Positions 9,421 to 20,967 of a stretch of DNA of 64,000 bases are shown piece after piece. The stretch lies in assembly GCA_022763485.1 (NCBI GenBank), contig JALEGX010000016.1:2820-66819 (forward strand), in the 5' to 3' direction. This stretch comes from Paracoccaceae bacterium (GTDB lineage: Bacteria; Pseudomonadota; Alphaproteobacteria; Rhodobacterales; Rhodobacteraceae). The position numbers and the translations under genes are program-made. Each line of letters starts with the position of its first letter. Position 1 is the first letter of the stretch. The notes below the pieces were generated by a model. The model was not told the DNA's origin. It did not search any database and was given only the letters and a program-made list of their open reading frames with translations.

Positions 9421-10755
9421 TTACCAGTTGTCGCGGAACCATTTCACCGCGCGGCGCAGCGATCTGGCCGGGTAGCGATCAACCGGAATTTCGAAATCCC
9501 ACCATTCGTCCTGGGGGTGGGCAGCAAACAGGCTCAACCCGACGGCCGAGGCGAAGCCCGGTCCGGTCGCCGATTGCGGCAGCCCATGAACCCGCAGAGG
9601 CCGTCCCAGGCGCACCTGATGCCCCAGAATGCGGCTGGCCAATCCGTCGAGCCCCATGATCTGCGACGATCCGCCGGTCAGCACGATCTGCTGGCTGGGC
9701 AGATGTTCGAACCCGGCGGCATCCAGACGCGCGCGGACCTCTTCCAGGATCTCTTCGACCCGTGGCCGCATGATGCCGATCAGCTCCGCCCGGCTGACGC
9801 TGCGCCGGTCATGTTCCCAGTCACCGGTGTCCCCGCCAATGTCGATCATGTCCCGGTCATCCGCGCCGGTTGCATGGACGCCACCACAGAAGGTCTTGAT
9901 CCGTTCGGCATTTGCCATCGGGACACTCAGCCCCATGGAGATGTCCGAAGTAATGTGATCGCCGCCCATGCGCACACTGTCCGCATAGATCATGTGTTTC
10001 TTCATGAAGATCGAGATCGAAGTGGCCCCGCCCCCCATATCGATACAGGCCGCGCCAAGCTCCTGTTCATCTTCGACCAGCGCGGAAATGCCGGAGGCAT
10101 AGGCCGACGACGCAATCCCCGCCAGTTCCAGATCACAGCGCTTGATACAATGCACCAGGTTCTGCACCGTCGGCGCATCCACGGTCAGCATATGCATATC
10201 CACCGCCAGGGACTGACCCAACTGGCCCCGCGGATCGGCCAGGCCCGAGCGATTGTCCAAGGCGAAATTGACCGGCTGCGCGTGCAGCACTTCGCGTCCG
10301 CCCCCGTAGTCCGGCACATCACAGGCCGACATCACGCGCGCAATCTCACTTTCGGTGACCAGCTGGCCTTCCAGCTCGACCGTGGCGTCCAGCCCATAGG
10401 AGCGCGGGTTCGCACCGGAAAAACAGGCGATCACGTGGTCGACGCGGACTTCGGCCATCTTCTGTGCGGCCTGCAACGCGGTGCGGATGGCCCGCTCCGT
10501 CTCCTGCATGGCGCTGATCTCACCAAATTGGACCCCGCGCGACCGCGTGGTGGCCGCCCCCACAACGCGAAACCCGGTCTGGCCGGCCATGGATCCGATG
10601 GAATTGTCGTCGCTCAGTCGCCCGGTGCCGTCAAACCGCAGCACAAGGCATGCGATCTTCGAACTCCCGACATCCAGAATTGCCACCACCCCACGTTGCA
10701 GCGCCTGCCTGCGCATCTGCCGCATCGCCCGCTGAGACTGATACAGATCTGTCAT
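9421..10755 (-). CDS. ftsA: Cell division protein FtsA
   Basis: 444-aa actin-like ATPase (VAILDVGSSKI, DMGGGATSI, VLTGGSSQI) located between ftsQ and ftsZ. Confidence 0.95.
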   Translation of the reverse strand: MTDLYQSQRAMRQMRRQALQRGVVAILDVGSSKIACLVLRFDGTGRLSDDNSIGSMAGQTGFRVVGAATTRSRGVQFGEISAMQETERAIRTALQAAQKMAEVRVDHVIACFSGANPRSYGLDATVELEGQLVTESEIARVMSACDVPDYGGGREVLHAQPVNFALDNRSGLADPRGQLGQSLAVDMHMLTVDAPTVQNLVHCIKRCDLELAGIASSAYASGISALVEDEQELGAACIDMGGGATSISIFMKKHMIYADSVRMGGDHITSDISMGLSVPMANAERIKTFCGGVHATGADDRDMIDIGGDTGDWEHDRRSVSRAELIGIMRPRVEEILEEVRARLDAAGFEHLPSQQIVLTGGSSQIMGLDGLASRILGHQVRLGRPLRVHGLPQSATGPGFASAVGLSLFAAHPQDEWWDFEIPVDRYPARSLRRAVKWFRDNW

Positions 10756-10756
10756 C

Positions 10757-11659
10757 TTACTGCCCGCTTCCGTTTATTTGTCTTATGCGCCACCATTCTT
10801 CGACGGCGTTCGGGTTCATTCTTATTGTTGGTCTTTGTGCCAGCCGCAGGTCCACTGCGGCCACATCCCGCTCCAGCAGGTCCAGCACCTCATTCACGGC
10901 CAGCACCCGCTCCAGCGCCTGAACCGCCCGTTCCGGCGGCAGATGGATCCGCTGCCCACGGTCCAACACCAGATCCCAGCGGCGCGCGCCGATCCGCTCC
11001 AGCCCACGCACCCGGCTCCACAGCGGCTGTGCCGTTGCCAGCAGCGTCAGGGCCTCTTCGACATGCGCGTTTGCCCCTGCCCCGGCAATCACCGGCAGGT
11101 CGGCCCGCTCCTGACGGGTCGGCAGACCGTCCACCCGCGTCCCGGTCCGATCCAGCAGCTCGACCCCATCGGGGGATCGCCAGACCACGGCGGGAATACG
11201 CTCTTCGACGTCAACTTGCAGAACCCCGCCCGGACGGATCCGGACAGAGGCCACCTTGACCGGGTCCAGCCCCACGATCACATCGCGGATCTGGTCCACG
11301 TCCAGATCAAAGGAGCTGACCGGGAAATCGATTGGCACCACTTCGCGGATATCTTCGGACAGGTGCTCCCCTGCCCCGTCGATGGCCATCATGTTGACCA
11401 TGAATTCGGGACGCTCCTGAATCGAGGCCCGCATTTCATCCACGAACAGGTTGAACGCGTCGCGGCGCTGCTCGTTGGCAAAGAAGGCACTGGCCGCGGC
11501 CAGTGTTACGCAAAACGGCACACCGATCCGCAGCCCCAGACGAATGCCGGGCGTCAGCATCCAGCGTTGCATACGGTACTTCAAGCGGGACGGTGCAGGA
11601 TCCACCACCCCTTGCGGCTTGCGGGCTCGGGGGGCCAGCTTGCCGATCAGCGATCGCAT
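10757..11659 (-). CDS. ftsQ: Cell division protein FtsQ
   Basis: 300 aa. One N-terminal TM segment followed by a POTRA/FtsQ-type domain. Position ddl-ftsQ-ftsA. Confidence 0.9.
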   Translation of the reverse strand: MRSLIGKLAPRARKPQGVVDPAPSRLKYRMQRWMLTPGIRLGLRIGVPFCVTLAAASAFFANEQRRDAFNLFVDEMRASIQERPEFMVNMMAIDGAGEHLSEDIREVVPIDFPVSSFDLDVDQIRDVIVGLDPVKVASVRIRPGGVLQVDVEERIPAVVWRSPDGVELLDRTGTRVDGLPTRQERADLPVIAGAGANAHVEEALTLLATAQPLWSRVRGLERIGARRWDLVLDRGQRIHLPPERAVQALERVLAVNEVLDLLERDVAAVDLRLAQRPTIRMNPNAVEEWWRIRQINGSGQ

Positions 11660-12600
11660 GACGCGTCCTCCACCATCCAGGCGCAGAGCTGACCGAATGT
11701 CATGTCCAGCGCGCCCGCCTGTTCAGGCACCAACGACGTGGGCGTCATGCCCGGCTGGGTGTTCGTTTCCAGCAGAAAGAGGCCCGCGGCCCCTTTTGCC
11801 TCGTCCCAGCGGAAGTCCGTGCGGGTAACCCCGCGACAGCCAAGCACCTGATGCGCCTTCAGCGCATATTCAAGACAGAGGTCGAAAATCTCGGCCGGGA
11901 TATTGGCCGGAATTTCGTGCCGCGATCCACCGGGCTTGTACTTTGCGTCATAGTCGTACCAGCCGTCGGTGATGATGTCGGTCACTGTCACGGCGCGGTC
12001 GCCGATCACGGTTGTCGTCAACTCGCGTCCCGGCACATATTGCTCGACCATCACCTCGGCCGGCATCGCATCATCCAGCTTCAGCGGCCCGTTGGCGCTT
12101 TCCTGAACGATGTAGATCCCGACACTGGATCCTTCGTTGTTCGGCTTCACCACATAGGGCGGGGCCAGAAGATGCTCGGCCTGCACGGCCTCTTTGGGCG
12201 CGATCAGGCTTTCGACAACCGGCAGGCCGGCATTGCGGTAGGCCTCTTTCGATTTCTGTTTGTCCATGGCCAGCGCAGAGGCCAGCACCCCGGAATGGGT
12301 ATAGGGAATGCGCATCCATTCAAGGAGACCCTGAACGCATCCGTCCTCACCCCAACGACCGTGGAGCGCGTTGAAAACCACATCCGGTTTGATTTCGACA
12401 AGACGTGCACAAAGATCCGGACCCGCGTCCAGTTCCACCACGTCATACCCCTCGCCCCTCAGCGCGGCGGCGCATTCACGCCCGCTGGACAATGACACCT
12501 CGCGTTCGGCAGAGGGGCCGCCCATTAGTACCGCCACTTTGGGGAGTCTGCTGCTCGACTGACCCACAACAAGTGCCTCAATATATCGGGGCGTTTTCAC
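11647..12600 (-). CDS. ddl: D-alanine--D-alanine ligase
   Basis: 317 aa. [21 protein letters not shown]-terminus and ATP-grasp body. Overlaps ftsQ by 13 nt. Confidence 0.95.
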   Translation of the reverse strand: MKTPRYIEALVVGQSSSRLPKVAVLMGGPSAEREVSLSSGRECAAALRGEGYDVVELDAGPDLCARLVEIKPDVVFNALHGRWGEDGCVQGLLEWMRIPYTHSGVLASALAMDKQKSKEAYRNAGLPVVESLIAPKEAVQAEHLLAPPYVVKPNNEGSSVGIYIVQESANGPLKLDDAMPAEVMVEQYVPGRELTTTVIGDRAVTVTDIITDGWYDYDAKYKPGGSRHEIPANIPAEIFDLCLEYALKAHQVLGCRGVTRTDFRWDEAKGAAGLFLLETNTQPGMTPTSLVPEQAGALDMTFGQLCAWMVEDASCDR

Positions 12601-12772
12601 CCCTTGTTTCCAGGCTCAAAGCCCAGTTTTTCGACCCGATTTCTTCGGGCTACCTTGACCAATTACCGGTCACAGTCGTTCGCGCATCGCGCCGCTGCCG
12701 ACCCGTTCGATTTCTTCGTCCGACCCTGAAGTTTCGCCCTGTTCTGCCTGTTCTTGGGCGTCTTCTAGGGAA

Positions 12773-13702
12773 TTATTCGGCCAGCGGATCACCGACCCGC
12801 ATGATTTCCCACTCTAGCGTTATGCCGCTTTGTTCGTAAACCTTTTTTCGCACGTCTTCCCCCAAACCCTCCAGATCTGCGGCGGTTGCGCCACCGGCGT
12901 TGATCATGAAATTCGAGTGTTTTTCGCTCATCTGAGCGCCCCCCCGGCGGGCCCCGCGCATCCCGGCATTGTCGATGACCTTCCACGCCTTCAGGTCGTG
13001 CACGTCATCTGCGCGCCCTGTTGAGGAAAAGCCCGCCGGATTGCGAAAGGTCGACCCCGCGCTGCGCTCTTTGGTGGGTTGGGTTTCGTCACGCTTGGCC
13101 AGTTGCGCCTGCATCCGCGCGTGCAGGTCTTCGGGATCGCCAGCCGGGCCGCGCAGGCGGGCCGAGACCAGAACCGCGCCCTCGGGCATGTCCGTCTGGC
13201 GATAGCGGAAGTTCAGCTCATCACCGCTGATTTCGCGCAGTTCTCCGGACCGCGTCACGATTTGCGCCGACAGGAAAGCATCGGCGGTATAGCTGCCGTA
13301 GCAGCCCGCGTTCATGCGAACGGCGCCGCCGATGGACCCCGGAATGGTGCGCAGAAAGGTCAGGTCGATCCCCGCGTCCGCAGCCTTGCGCGCCACATGC
13401 GCATCCAACGCCGCAGCGCCGGCCACCACGGTATCGCCCTCGATCTCGATACTGTTGAAGCCACGGCCCAAACGAACCACCAAGGCCCGGATCCCCCCGT
13501 CACGCACGATCAGGTTCGACCCTACGCCCATCGGGAACACCGTCACACCGGCCTCCAACTGACGCATCACATCGCACAGATCCTGCACGTCGGCGGGCTG
13601 AAACAGCGCATCGGCCGGCCCGCCTACCCGCAGCCATGTCAGACCGGACAGGTCCCGCCCGGCGGTCAAAGTACCACGCGTAGTGATCTGGTCCCAGTTC
13701 AT
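12773..13702 (-). CDS. murB: UDP-N-acetylenolpyruvoylglucosamine reductase MurB
   Basis: FAD-binding MurB pattern ([33 protein letters not shown]). The track ORF runs to 13906, but the first 68 aa are Arg/Gly-rich junk. An ATG at 13702 gives the normal MurB N-terminus. Confidence 0.93.
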   Translation of the reverse strand: MNWDQITTRGTLTAGRDLSGLTWLRVGGPADALFQPADVQDLCDVMRQLEAGVTVFPMGVGSNLIVRDGGIRALVVRLGRGFNSIEIEGDTVVAGAAALDAHVARKAADAGIDLTFLRTIPGSIGGAVRMNAGCYGSYTADAFLSAQIVTRSGELREISGDELNFRYRQTDMPEGAVLVSARLRGPAGDPEDLHARMQAQLAKRDETQPTKERSAGSTFRNPAGFSSTGRADDVHDLKAWKVIDNAGMRGARRGGAQMSEKHSNFMINAGGATAADLEGLGEDVRKKVYEQSGITLEWEIMRVGDPLAE

Positions 13703-13713
13703 CCCCACGGCAC

Positions 13714-14007
13714 TCACAGCGTTTTGCGACCGCTCAGGGCGCGCCCGCCCAGCGTGCCCATCACCACCGCGAACAGCGCCGGGAACACACCGCCGGTCAA
13801 CCATGCCAGCAGCGCAAAGGCCCCTTCTTCTGCGCCGTCTTCGACAGCGGCCAGACGGATGATCAGGTAGAGAGAGGCCAGGATCAGCACGCCCGGCAGG
13901 ATCCACAGCGCCTTTCCGGTCAGGAACTTCCCGGCCAGCAGCCCCGCGATTGCGCCCACGATTACGGCCGCAACAGGGCCGAGGGTCAGTGTGGTGAACA
14001 GATCCAT
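13714..14007 (-). CDS. Small hypothetical membrane protein (about 3 TM)
   Basis: 97-aa hydrophobic ORF in the same orientation as the cluster and tightly packed upstream of murB. No family recognised. Confidence 0.6.
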   Translation of the reverse strand: MDLFTTLTLGPVAAVIVGAIAGLLAGKFLTGKALWILPGVLILASLYLIIRLAAVEDGAEEGAFALLAWLTGGVFPALFAVVMGTLGGRALSGRKTL

Positions 14008-14110
14008 GCAGGTCTCCGATCCGGGTAATAAATGGATATCAGCCGCGTTCTAGACCCGCTGGCACAGGCTTGTCCAGTTCTGGCCGGGACGTCTGAGCAA
14101 CCATATGCCA

Positions 14111-14395
14111 TCAGCCGTCCTGTTGCCGGGCCTTGCGCCGCTTTCCCACCCAAAACGCGGTCAGCGCGCCAAGCAGAAGCCCCGCCCCGACCGGTGCAAG
14201 GATCATCATGCCAAACAGGAAATGCGCCAGCGCATCCCAACCGTCCTTGGCCCGCGCCTGAAAGAGGATCAGGCCGAACACCAGCAGATCGGCTACCACC
14301 AAAGCTGCCACAACCCGCGCAAGACCCTTGCGGCACATCAGATGCCCGACACCCCAGCCCACGGCAGCAAAAACAGCCATCACCAGATATGCCAT
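14111..14395 (-). CDS. Small hypothetical membrane protein (about 3 TM)
   Basis: 94-aa hydrophobic ORF with a basic C-terminal tail KRRKARQQ. Same strand as the cluster. No family recognised. Confidence 0.55.
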   Translation of the reverse strand: MAYLVMAVFAAVGWGVGHLMCRKGLARVVAALVVADLLVFGLILFQARAKDGWDALAHFLFGMMILAPVGAGLLLGALTAFWVGKRRKARQQDG

Positions 14396-14404
14396 GATCC
14401 CGGC

Positions 14405-14656
14405 CTAGCCTTTGCCGAACCGGCCGCGCAGCCACCGGGTCAGGTAGATGACCGGCCAGCGCAACATGCTCATCCCCGCCGCTAGAATGGCCATGCCCCA
14501 CCAGGGCCCGTTCTCATAGGTGACAAAGCCAAGGATCGGGATCCCCACCGCAATCAGCACATAAGCGCGGGTCCAGTGGTTGTCCCGGCTGGGCGTCATC
14601 GCCAGCACGTTGGCCACAACGGCCCACAGGCAGGCCAGCATCAAGGACAGCGTCAT
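14405..14656 (-). CDS. Small membrane protein, DUF2484-like
   Basis: Hydrophobic ORF. The ATG at 14656 (MTLSLMLACLW) is preferred over the track start at 14695. The DUF2484 assignment is from memory of Rhodobacterales dcw clusters and is not verified. Confidence 0.55.
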   Translation of the reverse strand: MTLSLMLACLWAVVANVLAMTPSRDNHWTRAYVLIAVGIPILGFVTYENGPWWGMAILAAGMSMLRWPVIYLTRWLRGRFGKG

Positions 14657-14675
14657 TGCGGTCTCCCTTTCATCA

Positions 14676-15860
14676 TCAGCCCCAGAACACGGCACCGGCC
14701 AGCGCCGCCAGCGACAGAACCAGCCCCACCACAGGCACCGCCATCGGCACCCGGAACGGGGCCTCGGGCGCGCGGCGTTTCTGCAAGATCAAGGCCAGGT
14801 TCACCAGAACGAAAACAGACAGCAGGATCGAGGACGTCACCTCGGCCAACTGGGCCACGGGTACAAATAGCGCTGCCAGGATCACCGCCGCGCCCAGCAG
14901 ACCGGTCGCCAGAACCGGCGTTCCAAAACGCGGATGGGCCTGCCGGAACACCGACAGCGCGCCGTTGCGTTTGCCCAGACCGTAGAGCACGCGACTGGCC
15001 ATGACGATCTGCGCCAGCACGCCATTGAGCGCCGCAAAGACCGCGATGGCAGACAGAAAAGCCGCATTGCCGCCGCGGGTCGTCTCCCACACCAGCGCCA
15101 GCGGACTGCGCGACGCCGCAAGACCCTCTATCGGAACGGAGCGCACGGCCGCCCAGGCCACAAGCGCATAGAGGCCGGAGGTCACAACAAGCGAGATCAG
15201 GATGGCACGCGGCAGCGTGCGTTCCGGATTGGACACTTCCTCGGCCATGTTGACGATGTCTTCGAAGCCGATGAAAGCGAAAAACGCCAGAACCGCGCCC
15301 AGGCCGATCCCGGCCCAGGGGATGCTGGTCGATGCCACCCACTCGGCACTGGCGGGCGCCGACAATCCGGCCCAGATCACCAGCAGAAGGCCGATCAGCT
15401 CGATCAACGTGAAGATGGCCGCCAGTGCCAGGCTTTCCAGCACGCCGAAGATGGCCACCATTGTCAGCAGAACGCCCAGCATCAGCACACCCAGCCAGGG
15501 CTCAATCGCAATGGTGTTGGTCAGATAGCCAACCCCGCCCCGCAGAACGGCCCCCGCGGACACTGTGCCCGCAGCCACGATGGCCAGCCCGACAATCACC
15601 GCAAACAGCTGACTGTTCAGCCCCTGCCCCACATAAGCGGCCTCCCCTGCCGCTTCGGGCAGACGGGTGGAGAATTCGGAATAGCTGAGCGCGGTCGGGG
15701 CGGCGATGATCCCGGCCAGCAGGAAGGCAAAGGGGGCATGGATGCCCGCATCCGCGGCAACCGCCCCCACCAGAACATAGATGCCAGCGCCGACCATGAC
15801 ACCGACGCCATAGGCGGTCAGCAGTCCAAGTCCGATCCTGCGGTTCAGCGCTTGCGTCAT
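14676..15860 (-). CDS. APC-family amino acid permease
   Basis: 394 aa, about 11-12 TM segments. N-terminus GLLTAYGVGVMVGAGIYVLVG is typical of APC superfamily permeases. Confidence 0.8.
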   Translation of the reverse strand: MTQALNRRIGLGLLTAYGVGVMVGAGIYVLVGAVAADAGIHAPFAFLLAGIIAAPTALSYSEFSTRLPEAAGEAAYVGQGLNSQLFAVIVGLAIVAAGTVSAGAVLRGGVGYLTNTIAIEPWLGVLMLGVLLTMVAIFGVLESLALAAIFTLIELIGLLLVIWAGLSAPASAEWVASTSIPWAGIGLGAVLAFFAFIGFEDIVNMAEEVSNPERTLPRAILISLVVTSGLYALVAWAAVRSVPIEGLAASRSPLALVWETTRGGNAAFLSAIAVFAALNGVLAQIVMASRVLYGLGKRNGALSVFRQAHPRFGTPVLATGLLGAAVILAALFVPVAQLAEVTSSILLSVFVLVNLALILQKRRAPEAPFRVPMAVPVVGLVLSLAALAGAVFWG

Positions 15861-15893
15861 GTTCCCTGTCTTACCTCACGTGTTGAAACCCCG

Positions 15894-17297
15894 TCAGCCG
15901 TCCTGGCCCAGTCTGGCAGGCAGCGCATTGGCCCAGGCGCTGATCGTACCGGCGCCAAGGCAGACAACCATGTCGCCCGGCCGGGTCTGTTCCCGCACCA
16001 GCCGCTCCAGATCCGCCTCATCCAGCAGCGCCCGCGCGTGGCGGTGGCCATGACGGATCAGACCCGCCACAAGATCATCGCGCGATGCGCCCGGAATCGG
16101 ATCTTCACCAGCCGAGAAGACGTCCGCAATGGCGACCACATCGGCCTCATTGAAACAGCCGCAGAAATCATCAAACAGATCCGACAGGCGGGTATAGCGG
16201 TGTGGTTGGTGAACCGCGATCACCCGGCCCTCGCTGGCCTGACGCGCGGCTTTCAGCACGGCGGCGATTTCGACCGGGTGGTGGCCGTAGTCGTCGATGA
16301 TGGTCACACCATCGACCTCGCCCACCTTGGTGAACCGCCTATTGACGCCGCCAAAGGCCGCGAGCGCGGCGCGGATCTCATCCGCTTTCATGCCCAGATG
16401 CCGGGCCACGGCAACCGCGCTCAGCGCGTTGGAAACGTTGTGATCTCCAGGCATCGGCAAGGTGCAGCCTTCGATCACCATGTCTTCGTTCTGCAGCACG
16501 ATGTCAAAATGCGCCACGCCCGCCTTGTAGGTCAGGTTGGTGGCGCGCACATCGGCCTGGGCGTTGAACCCGTAAGTAACGATGCGGCGGTCGGTGATGC
16601 GGCCCACCAACGCCTGAACCTCGGCATGGTCGGTGCAGCAGACCGCGATCCCGTAGAACGGGATATTGGTGACGAAATCCTGAAACCCCTTGCGCAGGGT
16701 GTCAAAGTCGCCCCAGTGCTCCATATGCTCGGGGTCGATATTGGTCACGATGGCGATGGTGGCCGGCAGACGGTTGAACGAACCATCCGATTCATCGGCC
16801 TCGACCACCATCCATTCGCCCTGCCCCATACGCGCATTCGAGCCATAGGCATGGATGATGCCGCCGTTGATCACGGTGGGATCGAACCCGCCGGCAACCA
16901 TCAGTTCGGCCATCATGGTGGTGGTGGTGGTCTTGCCGTGGGTGCCGCCAATCGCAATGTTCGACTTCAGGCGCATCAGCTCGGCCAGCATATCGGCCCG
17001 GCGCACCACCGGCAGCCCCCGGTCGCGGGCGCCGTCCAGTTCCGGATTGCCGGGCTTGATCGCCGTCGACACCACGACCACCGCCGCACCGTCCAGGTTT
17101 TCCGCCTTCTGGCCAATAAAGATTTCGGCGCCCAGTTCGGCCAGCCGGTCGGTGATGCGCGAAGATTTCAGATCCGACCCCTGCACCGCATAACCAAGGT
17201 TCAGCAGCACTTCGGCGATGCCGGACATGCCGATGCCGCCGATGCCGACGAAATGGATGGGCCCGACATCACCGGGAAGTTTGGTGGCTGGCGTCAT
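15894..17297 (-). CDS. murC: UDP-N-acetylmuramate--L-alanine ligase MurC
   Basis: 467 aa. [18 protein letters not shown] and GTHGKTTTT Mur-ligase motifs. Confidence 0.96.
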   Translation of the reverse strand: MTPATKLPGDVGPIHFVGIGGIGMSGIAEVLLNLGYAVQGSDLKSSRITDRLAELGAEIFIGQKAENLDGAAVVVVSTAIKPGNPELDGARDRGLPVVRRADMLAELMRLKSNIAIGGTHGKTTTTTMMAELMVAGGFDPTVINGGIIHAYGSNARMGQGEWMVVEADESDGSFNRLPATIAIVTNIDPEHMEHWGDFDTLRKGFQDFVTNIPFYGIAVCCTDHAEVQALVGRITDRRIVTYGFNAQADVRATNLTYKAGVAHFDIVLQNEDMVIEGCTLPMPGDHNVSNALSAVAVARHLGMKADEIRAALAAFGGVNRRFTKVGEVDGVTIIDDYGHHPVEIAAVLKAARQASEGRVIAVHQPHRYTRLSDLFDDFCGCFNEADVVAIADVFSAGEDPIPGASRDDLVAGLIRHGHRHARALLDEADLERLVREQTRPGDMVVCLGAGTISAWANALPARLGQDG

Positions 17298-17304
17298 GAT
17301 CTTC

Positions 17305-18396
17305 TTATCCTTCTTCTGCCAGTTGTTCGACCAGCGCGGCCAGCCGGTCGGTTGCGTCGGGAATGCCGGCGGACAGGGCCGCCTGCGCCATCTGTTCCGC
17401 GCCTTGCGGATGCCCCAGAACGGTGGCGATCTGTTCGCCCAGCGACTCGGGCGTCAAAGCACGTTCCGGGATCATGATGGCGCCGCCTGCGTCCACCAGG
17501 CCGCGCGCATTGGCGGTCTGGTGATCCCCGGCCGCCGCCGCAAAGGGGATCAGGATGGAGGGACGACCGATCACGCTCAGGTCCGCGATCGAGGAAGCCC
17601 CCGCCCGCGAAATCACCAGCTGGGCCTCGGACATGCGGGCCGGAACATCGTGAAAGAACGGCTTCACCTCGGCATCAATGCCATGTTCGGCATAGAAGGC
17701 GACAACGCGGTCGACGTCTTCTTCGCGGGCCTGATGGCTGACGCGCAGGTACTGGCGCTGCGCCTCGGGCAAGGCGGCAATGGCCGCAGGCACCACATCA
17801 GACAGGATGCGCGCGCCCTGGCTGCCGCCCATCACCAGAATGGACATCGGGTAGTCCCCCGGCGGAATATAGCCCGCCCCCGCGCGCTCCGCGACGGCGC
17901 GACGTACCGGGTTGCCGACATGTTCATGCGCCACGTTCTCCGGCAGCTCGGTGGGCCAGCTGCCACAGGCGATACCGGCCACCCGCGTGGCGAACAGCTG
18001 GTTGACCCGTCCCAGGATGCCATTCTGCTCATGGATCATCCGCGGCACCTTCAACAAGGTCGCCGCGCCCAAAGCAGGGATCGACGGGTAGCCACCAAAG
18101 CCCACAACCGCATCCGGACGTTCCCGTCGCATCTGCAATGCCATGCCCATGACGCCCACTGCGATCTTGGGCGCTACCATGGCCTTGGCCAGCAGGCCGC
18201 CCCGCGCGAAGGTCGCGCTGGAGACCTGGGTGATTTCCGTGGTGTGGGGGAACCCCCCGGTATAACGCGCCCCGCGGGCGTCGGTGCTCAGCTTGACGCG
18301 CCATCCCCGGCGCAGCATCTCTTCGGCCAAGGCCTGGGCCGGAAACATGTGTCCGCCCGTGCCCCCTGCGGCCATCAGAAGCAGTTTCTGGGTCAT
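17305..18396 (-). CDS. murG: Undecaprenyldiphospho-muramoylpentapeptide beta-N-acetylglucosaminyltransferase MurG
   Basis: The ATG at 18396 gives [20 protein letters not shown], the canonical MurG N-terminus. The 48-aa extension in the track ORF overlaps ftsW and looks spurious. Confidence 0.95.
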   Translation of the reverse strand: MTQKLLLMAAGGTGGHMFPAQALAEEMLRRGWRVKLSTDARGARYTGGFPHTTEITQVSSATFARGGLLAKAMVAPKIAVGVMGMALQMRRERPDAVVGFGGYPSIPALGAATLLKVPRMIHEQNGILGRVNQLFATRVAGIACGSWPTELPENVAHEHVGNPVRRAVAERAGAGYIPPGDYPMSILVMGGSQGARILSDVVPAAIAALPEAQRQYLRVSHQAREEDVDRVVAFYAEHGIDAEVKPFFHDVPARMSEAQLVISRAGASSIADLSVIGRPSILIPFAAAAGDHQTANARGLVDAGGAIMIPERALTPESLGEQIATVLGHPQGAEQMAQAALSAGIPDATDRLAALVEQLAEEG

Positions 18397-18421
18397 TCCC
18401 TCTCGTCTCATCAAAGGCGGG

Positions 18422-19585
18422 TCAGTGACGCCCGCGCAGGAAATCCGCAATCTCGCCCTGGGGGCGGGTCCGGGTGAACGCCAGCAGCATGCCCAGCGCG
18501 ATACCGCCGGCAATAAGCGACGAACCGCCATAGCTGACAAAGGGCAAGGTCATGCCCTTGGCAGGCAGCAGACGCACGGCCACACCCATGTTGATCATCG
18601 CCTGAACACCGAACATGCAGGCCAGACCGGTTCCCGCAAGCCGGATGAACGGATCGCGTTCCCGCATCAGGCGCAGCAGCGACCGAACGACGATCAGCGC
18701 ATAAAGCAGGATGATGATGAGCACCAGTACCAGACCGTATTCTTCTGCGGCGACCGCAATGATGAAGTCGGTGTGCGCATCCGGCAGAGACCATTTCACC
18801 CGCCCCTCGCCAACACCGACGCCAAAGAGCCCGCCTTCGCGGATGGCGTTGGTTGCATAGCCAAGCTGCGTGGTCGGGTCGACATCAGGGTTCAGGTAGC
18901 CGTCAATGCGGCGGGCGAAGTGTTCCGAGCTGGAATAGGCCACCATGCCGCCCAGCACCACGAAAGCCGCCATGGCCACCAGCAGCACGATCGGCGCCCC
19001 GGCGACGAAATACATCACGCCCCAGCCGAACAGAATCAGGCTGGCCTGCCCGAAGTCGGGCTGCATCACCAGCATCAGAACCACGGTCACGCACAGCAGA
19101 AAGGACCACATCTTGCCCGGCGGGCCGTTGATCTGCTGGCTGGCCGCGATCAGCCAGGCCGCAACGATGACAAAGCCCGGTTTCAGAAACTCCGACGGCT
19201 GCACCGAGGCAAAGCCCAGCGAATACCAGCGCACCGCGCCCTTGCCGAAATCGGTGCCAAAGACCGGAAGCAGCGCCAGCGCGATGAAGGCACCGATAAA
19301 GCCGACAACCGCCAACCTGCGCACCAGCGTGGGTGACATCATCGACGTCAGCCACATCGCCGTCAGCGCTGCACCACCAAAGACGGCCTGTCGTCCGACG
19401 TAATGAAAATTGCCAAACCCGTTGCGTTCCGCCAGCGGAACAGAGGCCGCCAGCCCCAGAAGAAGCCCGACAACAAACAACAACAGGACGCAGGTCATCG
19501 ACCACTTGTCCAGGGTTCGCCACCATTTGGGAAGAATGGGTTCACCGGCCCGCTGCGGGACCGCACCGTATACCATCTCAGTCAT
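18422..19585 (-). CDS. ftsW: Peptidoglycan glycosyltransferase FtsW (SEDS family)
   Basis: The ATG at 19585 (MTEMVYG...WWRTLDKWS) begins a 10-TM SEDS protein containing PDFGQ and [17 protein letters not shown]. The upstream 190 aa of the track ORF are non-membrane junk. Confidence 0.93.
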   Translation of the reverse strand: MTEMVYGAVPQRAGEPILPKWWRTLDKWSMTCVLLLFVVGLLLGLAASVPLAERNGFGNFHYVGRQAVFGGAALTAMWLTSMMSPTLVRRLAVVGFIGAFIALALLPVFGTDFGKGAVRWYSLGFASVQPSEFLKPGFVIVAAWLIAASQQINGPPGKMWSFLLCVTVVLMLVMQPDFGQASLILFGWGVMYFVAGAPIVLLVAMAAFVVLGGMVAYSSSEHFARRIDGYLNPDVDPTTQLGYATNAIREGGLFGVGVGEGRVKWSLPDAHTDFIIAVAAEEYGLVLVLIIILLYALIVVRSLLRLMRERDPFIRLAGTGLACMFGVQAMINMGVAVRLLPAKGMTLPFVSYGGSSLIAGGIALGMLLAFTRTRPQGEIADFLRGRH

Positions 19586-19759
19586 GAGATCACTGCCACT
19601 TTCTGCCTCGTTACCGCCCCGTTCTCGGGGTCTATGCCCGTGTCTGCGCACGTGCTGAACAAAGGGTACTTTAAAACGGGTTTTCGTTCCAGTCTCTTTA
19701 CATTTCACCGGCGGCTTGCTGCCCCTTGCAAATCGGACGGGTTCCGGTTCATTGGCAAC

Positions 19760-20941
19760 ATGCAATATGAAACCGTCATTCTGGGGGCCGGAGCTGCCGG
19801 CCTGATGTGCGCCGCCCATGCCGGTCCGGGTGTGCTGTTGATCGATCATGCGCGCAACCCCGGCGAAAAGATCCGCATCTCGGGCGGCGGTCGCTGCAAC
19901 TTCACCAACATGTGGGCGGGGCCGGAAAACTATCTGTCCGGCAATCCGCATTTCTGCAAATCGGCGCTGGCGCGCTACACGCAGTGGGATTTTGTCGATC
20001 TGGTGAACCGCCACAACATCGCCTGGCACGAAAAGACGCTGGGTCAGCTGTTCTGTGACGGATCCGCCCGGCAGATCGTTTCGATGCTGACCGAAGAACT
20101 GAGCCGCGCCGGTGCAGACCTGTGGCTGCAGACCGCGCTGACCGACCTGCAGCATTCGGATGGGCGCTTCACGCTGGATCTGGACCGGGAAGGCCAGCGG
20201 CAGCGCGTCACCTGCCGCAATCTGGTGCTGGCGACAGGCGGCAAATCCATCCCCAAGATGGGCGCGACCGGGCTGGCCTATGACATTGCGGCGCGGTTTG
20301 GCCTGACCCTGCGCCCGACGCGTCCGGGTCTGGTGCCCTTCACCTTCTCCGACGGCCGGTTCAAGGCGCTGGCAGGCGTCTCTGTGCCCGCCCGCCTGTC
20401 AAACGACCGGACCAGTTTTGATGAGGCACTGCTGTTCACCCATCGGGGCCTGTCGGGGCCTTCGGTGCTGCAGCTGTCCTCCTACTGGCAGGAAGGGGAA
20501 GAGATCCGGGTGAACCTGATTCCCGAGCTGGGTCTGGCCGGCAAGCTGAAGGCGCAGCGCCAGGCCGCAGGACGGCATGATCTGAAAACCGAACTTGGCC
20601 GCCACCTGCCCGCGCGGCTGGTGGAGTTTCTGGCCCCTGAATTCGGCATCACCGGGCGGCTGGCGGATCAATCCGACGCCCGGCTGGACGCGCTTTGTGA
20701 CCGGCTGGCCGACTGGCACCTCCTGCCCTCGGGCAGCGAAGGCTACCGCACCGCCGAGGTCACGCTTGGCGGGATTGATACCGACGGACTGTCGTCGAAG
20801 ACCATGCAGGCCAAATCGGTTCCGGGCCTCTATGCGATTGGTGAAGCGGTGGATGTGACCGGCTGGCTGGGCGGTTACAACTTCCAATGGGCCTGGTCTT
20901 CGGCCTATGCCGCGGGCACCGCCATCGCGGCAAAGGGCTGA
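19760..20941 (+). CDS. NAD(P)/FAD-dependent oxidoreductase, HI0933/BaiN-like flavoprotein
   Basis: The ATG at 19760 gives MQYETVILGAGAAGLMCA (Rossmann GxGxxG). ISGGGRCNFTN and GYNFQWAWSS motifs are typical of the HI0933 family. It lies on the opposite strand inside the dcw cluster. Confidence 0.85.
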   Translation: MQYETVILGAGAAGLMCAAHAGPGVLLIDHARNPGEKIRISGGGRCNFTNMWAGPENYLSGNPHFCKSALARYTQWDFVDLVNRHNIAWHEKTLGQLFCDGSARQIVSMLTEELSRAGADLWLQTALTDLQHSDGRFTLDLDREGQRQRVTCRNLVLATGGKSIPKMGATGLAYDIAARFGLTLRPTRPGLVPFTFSDGRFKALAGVSVPARLSNDRTSFDEALLFTHRGLSGPSVLQLSSYWQEGEEIRVNLIPELGLAGKLKAQRQAAGRHDLKTELGRHLPARLVEFLAPEFGITGRLADQSDARLDALCDRLADWHLLPSGSEGYRTAEVTLGGIDTDGLSSKTMQAKSVPGLYAIGEAVDVTGWLGGYNFQWAWSSAYAAGTAIAAKG

Positions 20942-20967
20942 CCCGGTATCAGCCCTGCCGCAACGGA

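Noticed and set aside
13703-13906. N-terminal extensions in the ORF track for murB, and likewise for murG (to 18540), ftsW (to 20155), the flavoprotein (from 19403), apbC (to 32340), thiG (from 52310), thiF (from 53721), thiD (from 54650), bioG (to 56992), bioF (to 60049), putR (to 62399) and the AEC transporter (from 48143)
   Set aside because: The extensions overlap upstream genes or have junk composition. In each case an internal ATG reproduces the family-typical N-terminus, often with ATGA/4-nt translational coupling.
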